Shown piece after piece: positions 42,341 to 60,761 of a stretch of DNA of 64,000 bases. The DNA is from the human T2T-CHM13v2.0 reference genome, Homo sapiens. Positions within the stretch are counted from its first letter, which is position 1, and every line of letters starts with the position of its first letter. The notes under the pieces are model-generated. The model ran no database searches and was not told the DNA's origin. It worked only from the letters and a program-made list of their open reading frames with translations. Both the position numbers and the translations under genes were made by a program. The stretch lies in NCBI RefSeq assembly GCF_009914755.1, contig NC_060927.1. One strand, written 5' to 3'.

Positions 42341-42879
42341 ATGCAGTGGGCCTTTTCATAAAGTGGTCTTGTGATGTGGTGGGCCTTTTCATAAACTGCT
42401 CTATTTTTGGTTTCTTGTACTTTTCTCTCATTTTGCCCATGGATGGCTACCTCCTGATCTGATAAAGAAATCAAGGAGGCCACATAACATGCATTAGGGC
42501 CATATCATGTCAAACATCTCCTCTCTAGAGGCACACTCAGAGCTGCCAGCAGCATGTAGCTCTCACTTTTCTCAGTTTTAAGTTAATGGTTAGTCTGAAT
42601 TTTGAGGCCCTCAGAGCTGTCTACTTCTGAATAACATGACTATAGGAGCTTATGAGTCCTTACTCAGAACTTGGCTCATCACTCAGTACTACTTTTAGGA
42701 TTTCCTTATTAGAAAACCAAATTCCTTTTACTATTGCTTTAGAGATAAACATCCTCTTTCTTGGAGAAGACTCTGCCTTTGCAAGTGCAGCTAAAATTCT
42801 ACACCCTCCATGAAGCCGTCTTCTCATTTCTACCCTCTCCCAACCCCCTTAAACAGAGTGAGCCTCTTCCTGCCATGAG

Positions 42880-43265
42880 GGAGTCTCAGTCTGATTTAAA
42901 TGTACTGGAGAATGCAGACTCCAGAGCCCACCTGTAACAGGCAGGTAGCAGATGCATGTCAAGTCAACCAGGTGTCCAATGACAAATGGTAGTGATTATG
43001 AGCCTCGGCTCAGGGATATAGGCAGGGGATGGGGCTGGGACAACCCCCCTCTAAGGTGGGCCACCATGGCTCTGCTTCAGCCATTGGCACCCTGTGGAAA
43101 GCTAGGTCCACTGTTGCCACAGCTGGAAACCCAGATTTGGAAACGAACCATCTCATTTCTTTAAAAAATGTTGGCAATGAATTGAAAGTTAAAACGCTGA
43201 TACTTCACTACTCAGGCCGAGCAAAACATGCCTGCAACGTGAGTTCAGCCTGGAGTCTTGAGAAT
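42880..43265. mobile_element. MER5A-like and MER45A-like hAT relics
   Basis: aatgcagactccagagcccacc...aagtcaaccaggtg; then gaaacccagattt...caggccgagcaaaacatgcctgc. Confidence 0.5.
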
Positions 43266-43299
43266 TCTTAACCTTGAATACTCTTAGGAAACCATTTCT

Positions 43300-43423
43300 G
43301 AGCTGTATTAATTCATAGATAAAAGCAACTTGTAAGAGAGCATTCATAGAAAGAATAAATAAATTTGTTTTTGTACATATATATGTTCATACACTTATTC
43401 TATGTATACTTTTTATTTCTATG

Positions 43424-43470
<47 letters not shown>

Positions 43471-43630
43471 ATGTGAAGAAGGAGAAAATGGAGCATTCAT
43501 ATCTTTATTGCCAGTGATTATATCTAGGAGGGGAGGAGGTAGGGAGTGTTGGAGACTTCCAATTTTTGCATCACATTTCTGTAATGTGTGAGTTTTTAGT
43601 TATAGACATACCTTATTTTGGTAGTCAGGA
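43300..43630 (+). mobile_element. L1ME 3' relic containing (CA)n at 43426-43468
   Basis: ccagtgattatatctaggag...tttctgtaatgtgtgagttttt...ttattttggtagtcaggaaaaa; perfect CA run of about 21 units. Confidence 0.65.
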
Positions 43631-45829
43631 AAAACAGAAAGGATCCATCCAACAAAAACAGAAAGGAGGGGATGGGCCAGCAGTTCTGTGCTTATGCGGT
43701 TACTTCCAGCCACTCCCTTGTTCTAGGAGGGTAGATGTTTATAAGACCTCTCATGAACTTGTCTCAGAGCTCCCTGAAAGAGGAACTGCTTTGTTCCTGT
43801 GGTCTCTCCAGTGCCTGTCCTAAAAGATGCCCTAGCATATAGGTGACTGTTGGAGTGTGGACTGAGTGGCCTGAAAGAATGGATGAAGCAGGTGTACATA
43901 GCTTTGGCAATGAGGAATCCAGGAGTAGGTTGGACTGCCTGTGGGTTCCATCCACACATGTTCATAGAAGAAGAGAACATGTTTTCGGGGAGATGTCTTT
44001 TCGTGTTTTGCTGGAAGATGTCTTTCCTAACCTGTACTTTTACAAGAGGCTTCAATTTCAACAACCTTCATGTCTCCTAACGAATATGCTGTCTTTCTTT
44101 AACATCCATATGTGATAGAATCAGTGCCTTTATGTGTTCAGGTTCTCAGTTTTCAAATGTTGGCCAATTTGGTCAAGAACTTTCATGGGGGAAAATCCAT
44201 AGAGCATAGAGAGGGAGGACCTCCCTCTGCACAGATGGGTCTACTGAAACCTCCCAAGGGATTTGCTTAGATAAGGACCCACAGGTGGTGAAGGGCAGAG
44301 GGAAGAAAAGAAGTAAGGTGTCTGGGCCCACAGATAAAGCTCCTTCCCACACTATGCTGCTGCCTTTTCTTTAAAAACTTTCAGAAAAGAACAATGGATA
44401 ATATAACAAACATCAAGATTACCACCCAGAATTGATGGGTATTCACCTTTTATCATTTTTGCTTTTTTTGTGTCCTTTTTTTCCCTTAAGGAGTACTGCC
44501 TCTTTTTGATCAAATCATATTTGGGGTATAGTGCTAATGATGGGATTCCTAAATGACATTTAAGCAAGCCTCATGATGATGGTGTCTAATCCCTCTCAGA
44601 ATCTAGCCTGAGGATGTCGTTTTCATCTCCTGACAGCGCTGGCAGTGCACGATATCTGACATATCTGCCCCAGCATGCCCTTCCCTGGCCTCCCCTCCCT
44701 CCCCACTGAATTCTCTGCACCTCTGACTCTCCTGGAATTTCTGAGGCAGTTGGTATATGGGGCACCAAGTGAGTGTCTCTGAACTCTCCAGCTCTCCGAC
44801 AAGGCCTCTTCCAAATTGTGCATCCTTCAAGGTGGGATCCCGGAGGCGGGTATCCTAGAAGGAGCGTTTTTTAAGTGAGGCATTGACATCTTGTTAACTA
44901 CATAATAGGCACTTTTTTCAGCCAACAAAACTGTCCATGTTTTCAAATGTTGTGGACCAGGCGTTATGAGCTCAGCTTCCTTTGATCAGTGTTACACAAC
45001 TTTTCTGAGTGCTAATCTGTTTCAATTCAAAATAGATGAAAACCACCACATGCATGGCAGCTGCAGGTTTTTGCTTTTCTTAAAAATTATCTATTTTAAG
45101 GAAAGAAAATCTGAGAAATTATATTGTGATGGGTGAAAGTATTAACGATGAATTTGTTGCCAAGAAGATTAAAATTGAGAATGTATGAAAAGAAAAAAGA
45201 AGAAAAATCCTGGAAGAGCAAGTTGTCTGAGGCAAACATCAGGAGTTTCAAGGCTATTTCAGGACTGGTTCAAGCCTAAGAACCTCAAATGTCTGTGAGA
45301 GGAAGTTTCCAGAAACTAAACTCTTTCCAGTGTTTTGTTTTTGTGTCAGTCAAATGTTGTATACACAGGGCTTGGAGGCCAGACCACAGAAGTGGTCTCA
45401 TGTGATGTGGCAGGGCCTTTGTGGCCTCAGAGCCAGGCAGAGCTTTTGTTTATTTAGATTCTTGTTGGCCTTGAATGATGGCAGGAGGACAGTCATCTGT
45501 TGCTCCTGCTGACATTCAGGCAGGGACTGCTTGGTTCTGTTAGGCCACAGTTACACGTCAAAGCAAATACAGGCCAGAGATCCTGACTTTCCTGTTCTTT
45601 TGAAAGTGATGCTTTGGCAGTGGGGGAAGAAAGCTGCAAGGATTAGTCTTGTCTTGACGTGTATTGCTGTGAGCCAACCTTTGGGCTCTTTTAGATGACA
45701 TTTCTGGCCATTCCAGGATGGTAATTTTAATCTTGTCCTTTGTCTTGGTAATGGATTTATGTTCTTCAATAATACTTTGGGAGAGAGTTCCAGAAAGAAC
45801 TAACAATAGAAAAACCCGTATTTAGTGAT

Positions 45830-46450
45830 GATATCAGTGGGAAGTGACAGAAAACTCCACACAAAGTAGCACAACCACGAGGGAATTTACGAAAAGTTTC
45901 AAGGAGACATCTGGCTTCAGGTAAGGATGAATCCAGGGGCTCAGACGACACCAGAATCCTACTTTTCTGCATCCATAGTTCAGTCTCGTCTTCCTGGGCT
46001 GGTCCATTCTCAAGCAAGCTGAGGTGCTGCAGTGCCAGCCTCACATCCTTCCAGATCCAAGCCCAGTGGGAAAGAAGAATCTGCCTCCCTGGCAGCTCAA
46101 CATAAAGGTCTCCAAACTGAGGCTCATTGCCTCTGAATGGCCTGAAAAATTAGCTAAGACATATGCCCAGCTCAGAGCTAATGGGAGTAAGTAGGTGAGT
46201 ACTGGCTGCTGAGGCCTGGATCAAGAGCAGCAGGAGGAGCCATCTCCTCTAGTTCTGTGTTTTAGACCCTGTTTGATCCAGGAATCCAAACAATGTCGTC
46301 AGGACCCAAGCACTCTCACTCTGTCTCTGTTTCTTCCTCCCCTGGGTTATATTCCCATCAGTTCCCCCAAACGAAAGTAGGAGAGACCTGGTTTCACCCA
46401 AAACACTGGAGGATGAAACAGAGGTGGGGTGAGGGATGCCAGAAGGCCCA
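45830..46450 (-). mobile_element. MLT1K/L-type MaLR LTR relics
   Basis: gaagtgacagaaaactccacacaaagtagc...ggcttcaggtaaggatgaatccaggggctcagacgac. Confidence 0.6.
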
Positions 46451-47379
46451 AATCTGTAAGTGTCCCTTACAAAAAAGTGTCAATGTGCTAACAAGTGGAA
46501 AAACGAGTCAGCAGCCTTCATGTTCTCATTAGTGTCCTATTGTCTCCACCTCTGTGGGCACCAATACCCCATGATTAAACCACTCTAGACCTCTATTGTG
46601 TTTGTGAACCCAGTGGACCCAGCTGTCTCTATTGTCCAGAACTCTGGTCTTTGTGACAGGTGCTTCACTTATGCATTATTATATCATTACAATGTCTTAT
46701 TTTCACAACTGCAAGGCAAATTGCAGAAGAACATTTGGCAGGAGAGCCATAAATCGTTTGTGCAGAGATAGGTTCATCTTCTGTTATTTTGTGTCTCTTC
46801 ATGTCTTGGATTGACTCAAGATGAATCAAAAAATGAGTACTCTGGAACAATATAAGACTTTGTCTTGAATTTATTTATTTTAGAATGGTTAATGTCATTC
46901 AATCAACCCTCAGTGAAAGACAAGAAGTAGCAAACTACTTTTTAATGTCATCATTGAACTGTAGTTTTGAATCTCCAGTTCTGTAGGTTAGGTTGCAATA
47001 ATATGGAGTAAAGAAGCTGGATCCAAGAATCAATACGTGTTCTGCTACTAATCACACTCCATTAATACCTCTTATAGAGTGAATGGACAAACCACAAGAG
47101 AGAGAGCGCTCTGGCTTCATTTGATACAAACAACATAAAAGGAAGAGAATTGCTCTTGTTGACTAATATTGAAGAATTGGCTAAATACAGGAATTTATCT
47201 CTATGTGTAGCTGAATACTTAGGGCAAGACAAGTTTACTCCATTTAAGAACATAGTGTGTTCACTTCATGTTTACAATGAAAAATATTTGCTAATTTGGT
47301 GTTTTAAGTTTTGTTTCAAGTGTGGTTTTCTTTATATTAATTAAAATATAACCTCATTTGCCAATTTTAAGTCATTCTG

Positions 47380-47780
47380 TGATATGGTTTGGATCTGTGT
47401 TCCCACCCAAATCTCATGTTGAATTGTAATCCCCATTGTTGGAGGTGGGGCCTGGTGGGAGGTGATTGGATCATGGGGGAGGTTTCTCATGGTTTAACAC
47501 CATCCCCCTTGGTGCTGTGGTTGAGATAGTTCTCATGGGATCTGGTTGTTTACAAGTGTGTGGCACCTCCACCTACCTTTTTGTCCCTGCTCTGCCATGT
47601 AAGATGCCTCACTCCCCTTTTGCCTTCCACCATGATTGTAAGTTTCCCAAGGCCTCTCCAGAAGCAGAAGCCACTGTGCTTCCTGTACAGCCTGTAGAGA
47701 AGCAAGGACCATTTAAACCTCTTTTCTTATAACTTACCCAGTGTCAGGTATTTATAGCAATGTGAGAATAGACTGATACC
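47380..47780 (+). mobile_element. MST (MSTA/MSTB) solo LTR
   Basis: tgatatggtttggatctgtgttcccacccaaatctcatgttgaattgtaatcccc ... tttatagcaatgtgagaatagactgatac. Confidence 0.9.
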
Positions 47781-48297
47781 CTTTGTATCTAAATAAATAT
47801 ATGTCCACAATCTCTACTATTTGTCCCGTCTTTTGGATATTTTTTATATAAATGTAATAATTGGAAACACCAGTTGTTTTTGGAAGAAATAATTATAATA
47901 TTTAAGCAATGTAATACTTTTCTCACCCGTTGTAAGCTAAGTCAATCTACACATCAGGTTCATGGTTCACAGTTTGCCACTGATTGGCTCTGGGGAACTA
48001 GGTGAGTCTCTGCCTGTATTAATTTCCTAGGACCTTCATAACACAGTGCCACAGACTCAGTGGCTTAAAAACAACAGGAATTTATTATTTCATGGTTCTA
48101 AACGATAGAATTCACATTCACAGGTACCTAGGGTTAGGACTTCCACATATCTTTTTGAGGGGACACAATTTAGCCTACAACATATTGCCTTTTGGCCTCC
48201 AAAAATTCATATCCTTCCTATGTGCAAAACACATTCAATCCCAACATCTCTTCACATCTTAATCCATTCCAGCATCGACTCTTAAGTCCAAAATCTC

Positions 48298-48663
48298 TGC
48301 TCTAGTTTGAATGTTTGTCCCCTATGAATCTCATATTGAAATTTGATCCCCATTGTTGGAGGTGAGGCCTAATGGGAAGTGTTGGGGCCATAGGAGAGGA
48401 TCCCTCATGAATAGATTAATGCCCTCCCTGGTTCAGGGGAGGGGATGAGTTCTCATTATTAGTTCTGGTGAGTGCTGGTTGTTAAAAAGCGCCTGGCACC
48501 TCCCCGGCCCTCTCTCTCTTGCTTCCTCTCTCAGCATGTGGTCACTGCACACGCTGGCTCCCCTTCACCTTCCACCATAGTGGAAGGAGCCTGAGGAACC
48601 TCTTCTTTATAAATTACCCAGCCTTGGGTATTCCTTTATAGCAACACTAAAGGAACTAAGACA
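48298..48663 (+). mobile_element. MST (MSTC/D-like) solo LTR nested in the MaLR internal region
   Basis: tgctctagtttgaatgtttgtccc ... ggaactaagaca; perfect 5-bp TSD atctc. Confidence 0.88.
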
Positions 48664-48946
48664 ATCTCATGTAATTATAATCAACTCAAAAGGTCCCACA
48701 TCTCATCTTCTAACTCATTTATTCAGGTGTCAGGGAGACTCAGGGTGTGGTGCATCCTGGGACAAAATTCCTCTCCATTTGTGGATCTGAGAAACAAGTT
48801 ATCTGCTTTTGAAATACAATGGTGGAACTGGCATAGGATAGACATTCCTACTCCAAATGGGAGGAATTGGAAGGAATAAAAGAGTCATGGATACCAAGTA
48901 GGTTCGCAACCCAGCAGAACAAACTCTACTAGGCTTTAAGGCCTGA

Positions 48947-49356
<410 letters not shown>

Positions 49357-49967
49357 TAGACAGAAAGATTCTTCACAGATTTTTCCTGGATAATCCCATC
49401 TCTATTCCGGGCTTCTCTTTAGGTGATTGATTGGGTTCACGAGTCACATGCCTAATCTCTCCATAGGAAGTGTGTACAGTTACGCTCTTGGTGTTCTCTC
49501 CAGAGTGTGCTATCGCATTTTTTGCTAACTGGATAGACTGAAAAATTTCAAAATCACGAAGTGTGGATTTCTTTTTGATTAACAATTCCATCCTCAGTTT
49601 ATCACTTTCCTCTCACATATCACTATAAGCAGCAAGGAAAAACTAGGCCACACCTTCTGCACTTTGCTTTCAAATCATCTTCAAGGTCATCACTTATAAG
49701 TTCTGCTTTCTACCCAGTGGTAGAAGATAACTCAGCCAAGTTTTCTACCATTTGATACCAAGGCAAATTTTATACCACTCTGTATCTCAATAAATACATA
49801 CACACAAGCTCTAGGATTACCTCCAGTGCCCTTTCCTCCTGCATCCTCCAGTGTCTAACAACTTTCCTCCAGTGTCCAATAACATGTTCATAATTTCCTT
49901 TTAATGCCTCACTAGAAGTACCTTTAAACTTCCTTTTACTAGCGACATTCTGTTCATGAAAATATAT

Positions 49968-50324
49968 TGTATTAGTCTGTTCTCAGGCTGCTAATAAAGA
50001 CATACCTGAGACTGGGTAACTTATCAAGGAAAGAGGTTTAATGGACCTCCAGTTCAGCATGGCTGGAGAGGCCTCACAATCATGGCAGAAGGCAAAGGAG
50101 AAACAAAGGAACATCTTACATGGTGGCAGGCAAGAGAGCTTGTGCAGGGGAACTCCCATTTATAAAACCATCAGATCTCATGAGACTTACTCACTGCCAT
50201 GGGAACAGTATGGGGGAAATTGCCCCCCATGATTCAGTTATCTCCACCTGGCTCTGCCCTTGACACATGGAGATTATTACAATTTAAGGTGAGATTTAGG
50301 TGGGGACACAGCCAAACCATATCA
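49968..50324 (-). mobile_element. THE1 (THE1C-like) solo LTR nested in the MaLR internal region
   Basis: tgtattagtctgttctc...ggggacacagccaaaccatatca; TSD tatat / tatgt. Confidence 0.9.
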
Positions 50325-50829
50325 TATGTGTCTTCTGTAAGATGATAGTAGCTCTTTCTACAGTTTTCTTTCTGAACTCGCACTGAAATTGTCTTTAATG
50401 TCTGTATTTCTCCCAGCAGTCTCTTTAAAGCAACCTAGGCTTTTTCTGTCTTGAATCTCAAAATTATTCCATTACCCAATCCAAAGCCACTGCCACATGT
50501 TTAGGTACTTGTCACAGCAGCACTTCACTTCCTAGTACCAAAATCTGTATTCATTTCCCAGGGCTTCTGTAACAAAATACCACAAAGTTGTGGCTTAAAA
50601 CAACAGGAATTTATTTCATGGTTCTGGAGGCTTGATGTCTGAAATTGAGATGTCAGCAGGGTGATGCTCCCTCTGAAGTTCTTGGGAAGAATTATCCCTT
50701 GCCTCTTCTGGCTTCTGGTGGTTGCTGGCTGTCCTTGGCATGCCTTGGCTTCCTGCTGCATCACTCTAATTTCTGCCTCCCTCTCCATGTGGTCATCTTC
50801 CCTCGGTGTTCGTCTGTGTTTCTATGTCT

Positions 50830-51174
50830 TCTTTTTTTCTTTCTTTCTTTCCCTCTCTTTTTCTTTCTCTCTCTCTCTCTCCTCTTTCTTTCTGACAGGG
50901 TCCCTCTCTGTCACCCAAGCTGGAGTGCAGTGGCATGATCACAGCTGTCTGTAGCCTCAGCCTCCTGGGCTTAAGCAGTCTCCCTACCTCAGCTTCCCAA
51001 GCTGCTGGGACCATAAGTATGCACCACCACACCCAGCTAATTTTTTGTATTTTTTGTACAGATGAGGTCTTTCTGTGTTGTCCATGCTAGCCTTGAATTT
51101 CTAGGCTCAAGTTATCTGCCCTCCTTAACCTCCTGAAGTGCTGGGATTACAGGCATGAGCCACTGTGCCCAGCC
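50830..51174 (-). mobile_element. AluJ with CT-rich tail inside the MLT1 LTR
   Basis: Reverse dimer ending gagccactgtgcccagcc. Confidence 0.9.
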
Positions 51175-51399
51175 TCCTTTTCTTATAAGGACAGCGGTTA
51201 TATTGGATTTAGGGCTCACCATAATCTACTATGACCTTTAATTGACTTTTTACATCTGCAGAGACCCAGTTTCCAAGTAAGGTCACAATCACAGGTACCT
51301 GTGGGTAGGACTTCAACATATCTTTTGGGGGGACTTAATTCGACCTGAAACACCATCCCTCTCAGGACTTTCTGCTTCCACATTTATACAAACGAGATC

Positions 51400-51850
51400 T
51401 TTTTGGTTGCCATTAACAGAAACACAGCTCAAACTAGCTTAGGCAAAACGAGCCTGTTTTGGCTCTCATAAGTGAAATATTCATGGGTAGTTCAGATTTC
51501 AGGCAGGGCCCAGTCCAAGGATTCAAACAATGTCTTGCTCTTGCTCTCTCTCTTGCTCTCTCAATTCCTTCTTCCTCTGTCTTGGTGTTACTGTTAGGTA
51601 AGTTGTGTCCATGTGGTTGTCCCCACCAGTTCCTCAACTGCTTATATGCCAGAGAAAAGGACCTGTGTTGTAATAATATTTGCACAAAAGTCCTGGGCCC
51701 TCCCATTATTAGTTCGAGCTGTGCAAAGTACCTGTCCCCACATGTTGGGGAGATCGATTTTATTGTGTGGTTTATGCATAAGTCACATATTCTCTACTGG
51801 ATCCAGAGGTGCAATCAGTGACACCCAAACCACATGAGCTGAAATCATGG
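51400..51850 (-). mobile_element. Old MLT1 LTR relic
   Basis: ttggttgccattaacagaaacacagctcaaactagcttaggcaaaa...ttcaggcagggcccagtccaaggattcaaacaatgtc. Confidence 0.6.
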
Positions 51851-52069
51851 AAATTAGTGTATAGTTAGTAAAAGAAGGGGAGAGCCTTCTGGGCAGGCTA
51901 GCACTGATGTCCTTCTAATTTGTTAGGTGGAAAGGTTGAACTAGCATGTCTCTAATATCAGTACTAACAGTCCTATGAATCTGCACACACCCTCCACTGA
52001 TTCTTGGCCAAGTAATTATATGTGGTAGCCCTAACTGATCAGTAAAACACTATTTCATAAGATGTTTCT

Positions 52070-52335
52070 TTTTAAATTTATTTTTTGAGGACTCAACTTT
52101 AGTAAAGTATAATTTGCATCAATAAAATTCATACACTTTAAGTGTACAATTTGATGAATTTTGACAGATGCATTCCTTTATGTAGCCAACATCAAAATCA
52201 TTACAAACGACATTTCCCTCCCTCACCCCCAAAAGTTCTCTTGTACCCCGGTGTAGTCAGTCTCCTCACCCCATTGCCTCACTCCTGGCAACCACTGATT
52301 GGCTTTTATTATTATAACTTTGCATATGGTATTTC
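52070..52335 (-). mobile_element. L1MB/ME 3' end fragment
   Basis: ataaaattcatacactttaagtgtacaatttgatgaattttgacagatgcat...ctcctggcaaccactgat. Confidence 0.75.
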
Positions 52336-55300
52336 AAAAATTATCATTTATAATTGACACATAATAATTGTACATATTTAGGGGGTACCATGTGATGTTT
52401 CAATACATGTGCACAATGTACAGTGATTAAATCTCGGTAATCAGTACATCCATCACCTCAAACATGTATCATTTCTTCATATTGGAAACGTTCAAAATCC
52501 TCTCTTCCAGCTATTTAAAAATATACAATAAATTGTTAGTTATAGACACCCTACAGTGCTATGAAACATTAGAACTTATTCCTACTATATGGTTGTATGT
52601 TTGTATCCATTAACCAACCTTTGGCTATCCACCTCCCTCTTTCCCCACCTCTAATAACCATTATTCTACTCTCTGCTTATATGGGATCAACTTTTTTAGC
52701 TTCTACATATGGGTGAGAATACACAGCATTTGTCTTTCTGTGCCTGGCTTATTTCATTTAACATAATGTCCTTCAGGCTCATCCATGTTGCAGCAAGTGA
52801 CGGAATTTCTTTCTTATTTAAGGCTGACTTGTATATAAATGTGTATACATTCCACATTTGCTCTGTTCATTCATCTGTTGATGAACATGAGTTGCTTCCC
52901 TATCTTGGCTATTGCGAATAGTGCTGTGATAAACATGGGGGCGCAGATATCTCTTCAACATACTGACTTCCTTTCCTTTGGATATATACCCAGTAGGGGG
53001 ATTGCTGGATCATATGATAGCTCTATTTTGAGTTTTTTTTGAAGAACCTCCATACTGTTTTCCATAATGTCTGTACTAATTTACATTCCCACCAACACTG
53101 TATAAGAATTCCCCTTTCTCTGCCTCCTCACCAACGTTTGCTTTTTTTGTCTTTTTGATGATAACCATCCTGAGGTGAGATGATATTGTGGTTTTGATTT
53201 GTATTTTCCTGTTGATTAGCGATGTTGAGCATTTTTTAACATATTTGGACATTTGTATGCCAGATTATTTTGAGAGATGTCCACTCAGATCATTTGCCCA
53301 TTTTTAATCAGATTATTTGTTTTTCTAATGTTGTATGAGTTTTTTGTATAATAATCCATTTTAGACGAGTAGTTTGCAGATATTTTTTTTCCCATTTTGG
53401 AGGTTGTCTTTTCACTCTATTGATTGTTTTCCTTTGCTGTGCAGAAGTATTTTAGTTTGATATAATTCCATTTGTCTATTTTTGCTTCTGTTGTCTGTGC
53501 TTTTAAGGTCTTTGCCATAAAATCTTTGCCAGATCAATGTCCTGAAGCATTTCTCCTATGGTTTCTTCTACTCATTTCATAATTTCATTTTAAGATTTAA
53601 GTCTTTAATTCATTTTGAGTTGATTTTTTTCTATGTGGTGAGAGATATGGGTTTAGTTTCATTCTTCTACAAATGTATATCCAGTATTTCCAGCACCATT
53701 TATTAAAGAGGCTGTCCTTTCGCTAGTGAATGTTGTTGGCACCTTTGTGGGAAATCAGCTGGCTCCATATAACTGGATTTATTTCTGGGCTCTCTATTCT
53801 GTTCCATTGGTCTATGTGTCTGTTTTTATGCCAGTACTATGTTATATTTTGAAGTCAGATAGTATGAAGCCTCCAGCTTTGTTCTTTTTGCTCAGGATTG
53901 CTTTGGATATTCAGACTCTTATATGGTTCTATCCAAATTTTAGGATTTATTTTCTGTTTCTGTGAAGAATGTCATTAGTATTTTGATAGAGATTGCATTG
54001 AATCTGTAGATTGCTTTGGGTAGTATGGTCATTTTAACAAAGTAATTCTTCGGTATATTCATGAGGCTGGGATGTCTTTCCATTTTTGTGTGTGTGTGTC
54101 TTCCTGATTTCTTTCATCAGTGTTCATAGACTTCCTTGTAGAGATCTTTTGTCTTGTTGGTTAAATTTATTCTTAAGTATTTTATTTATTTTTGGTACCA
54201 ATTGTAAATAGGATTGCTTTCTTGATTTCTTTTTTAGCTAGTTTGTTGTTGGTGTGTAGGAATACTACTGATTTTTATATTAATATATTGATTTTGTATC
54301 CTGCAACTTTACCGAAATTGTTTGTCCGTTCTAAGAGTTTTGGTGGAGTCTTTAGGTTGTTTTTCTATATATAAGATCATCTGCAAACAGATTCTTTTGA
54401 GAATTTTTGCCTCTGTATTCATTAGGGATATTGGCCTATAGTTTTCTTTTTTTGGTTGGTGTTGTGTCCTTGTCTGGTATTGTAACAGGGTAATGTTGGC
54501 CTCATAGAGTGAGTTTGGAAGTGCTACCTCCTCTTCATTTCTTGGAAATAATTTGAGAAGAATTGGCATTAGTTTTTCTTTAAAAGTTGAGCAGTGAAAC
54601 CACTCGGTCCCGGGCTTTTCTTTATTGGGAGGTTTTTAACTACAACTTTAACCTCTTGGTTCATTATTGGTCTGTTTGAGTTTTCTATTTCTTCTTGGCA
54701 AAATCTTTATAAGTTGTATGTGTCCAGGAATTTATCCATTTCCTCTGGGTTTTCCAGTTTTTTGGCCTATAGTTGCTTATAGTGGTCTGTAATGATTGTT
54801 TGTATTTCTGTAGTATCAGCTGTAATTCTTTTTTTGTTTCTCATTTTGCTTACTTGGGTCTTTTTTTTTAATTAGTCTACCTAATGGTTTATTAATTTTG
54901 TTTATCTTTTCAAAAAGCCAACTTTTCATTTTGTTGATCTTTTTTTGTTCTGTTGGTCTCAATTTTATTTCTTTCTTTCCATGTACTAATTTGGGGTTTG
55001 GTTTGTTTTTCTAGTTCATTGAGGTGTATAATTAGGTTATTTGAAATCTTTCTAGTTTTTTTGATGTATGCATTTATTGTTATAAACTTCCCTCTTAATA
55101 CTGCCTTTGCTGTATCCTATAGGTTTTGGTATGTTGTGTTTCTGTTTTAATTTGTTTCAATAAATTTTTCAATCTCTTTCTTAATTCCTTCATTGACCCA
55201 TTTGTTGTTCAAGAGCATGTTGTTTAATTTACATGCATTTGTATAGTTCTGAAAGTTCTTGTTACTGATTTCTAGTTTTATTACATTGTCATTAGAAAAT

Positions 55301-56871
55301 ATAGTTGATATTATTTTGATTTTTAAAAACTTGTTGAGACTTGTTTTGCGATCTAACATATGGTCAGTCCTGGAGAATGTCACGTGTGCTGATGAAAAGA
55401 ATGTGTCTTCTGCAGCTGTTGGATGAAATTTTCTGTAAATGTCCATAGGTGTATTTGGTCTATAACACAGCTTATATTGGATTTTTTTTATTGATTTTCT
55501 GTATAGATGATCTGTCCAGTACTGAGAGTGGGGTTTGGAAGTCCCCAGATTTTATTGTATTGGAATCTATATATCTTTTGAGATCTAATAATATTTGCTT
55601 TACATGTAAATATATGTGCACACAACCATATATACATGTGCTCTGGTGTTGGGTACATATATATTTACAATTTTTATATCCTCTCACTGAATGATCCCTT
55701 TGTCATTACATAATGACTTTCTTTGTCTCTTCTTACAGCCTTTGACTTAAAGGTCTTTTTAAAATATGTAAGTATAGGTACTCCTGCTCACGTTTAGTTT
55801 CTATTTGTATGGATATCATTTTTCTATTCCTTTATTTTAAGTCTTTGGGTCTTTACATGCAAAGTAAATTTCCTGTAGGCAGCATATAGTTGGGTTGTAT
55901 TTTTGTATCCATTCTGCCAGCCTATATCTTTTAACTGGGAAATTTAATTCATTTACATTTAAGGTTATTATTTGTAGGTGAGAACTTACTCCTGTCATTT
56001 TGTTAATTGGTTTTTGATAAGTTTTTGATATCCTTTGTTCCTTTCTTTCTCTCATTGCTTATCATTGCAGTTTGGTAGTTTTCTGTAGTGATAATGTTTG
56101 ATTCTTTTCTCTTACTTCTATGTGTATTTGCTCCACCAGTGAATTTTGTAGTTTCATGTGTTTTCATTATGATAGTTATTGACATTTCACTTCAATGTGT
56201 AGCACTCCTGTAAGCATTGCTTTGTAAGATTGATCTAGTGATGATGAATTTCCTCAGTTTTTGGTTGTCTGAGAAAACTTTATTTCTCTTTCATTTCTGA
56301 AATACAGCTTTTGGGTATATTTTCTTTGCTGGCAGTTTTTTTTTTTTCCCTTTTACTACTTTGAATATATCATCGAATTATTTCCTGGCCTGTAAGGTTT
56401 CTGCTGAGAAATCTACTGATAGTCTAGTAAGGGTTCCTTTGTATGTGATTTGATGTTTTTCTCTTGCTGTGTTTAGCATTCTCTCTTTGTCTCAGACTTT
56501 TGACAATTTGACTACAGTGTGCCTCAGAGAGGACCTTTTTGGTTGAATCTGTTGGAGGTTTCTGAGCTTCCTGGATCTGGATGTTTATCTCTCTCCCAAG
56601 ATTTAGGACGTTTTAAACTGTTATTTCCTTAAATACATTTTCTTTTTTTATTTTATTTTATTATTATTATACTCTTAAGTTTTAGGGTACATGTGCACAA
56701 TGTGCAGGTTAGTTACATATGTATACATGTGCCATGCTGGTGTGCTGCACCCATTAACTCGTCATTTAGCATTAGGTATATCTCCTAATGCTATCCCTCC
56801 CAACTTCCCCCACCCCACAACAGGCCCCAGAGTGTGATGTTCCCCTTCCTGTGTCCATATGTTCTCATTGT

Positions 56872-60698
<3,827 letters not shown>

Positions 60699-60761
60699 TA
60701 TGACGTTAGCTGGTTATTTTGCTCATTAGTTGATGCAGTTTCTTCCTAGTCTCGATGGTCT

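Noticed and set aside
44568-44615. ATGATGA ... CTGA with a short terminal stem (C/D box snoRNA-like)
   Set aside because: Only ~45 nt, too short; no recognisable guide or C'/D' boxes.
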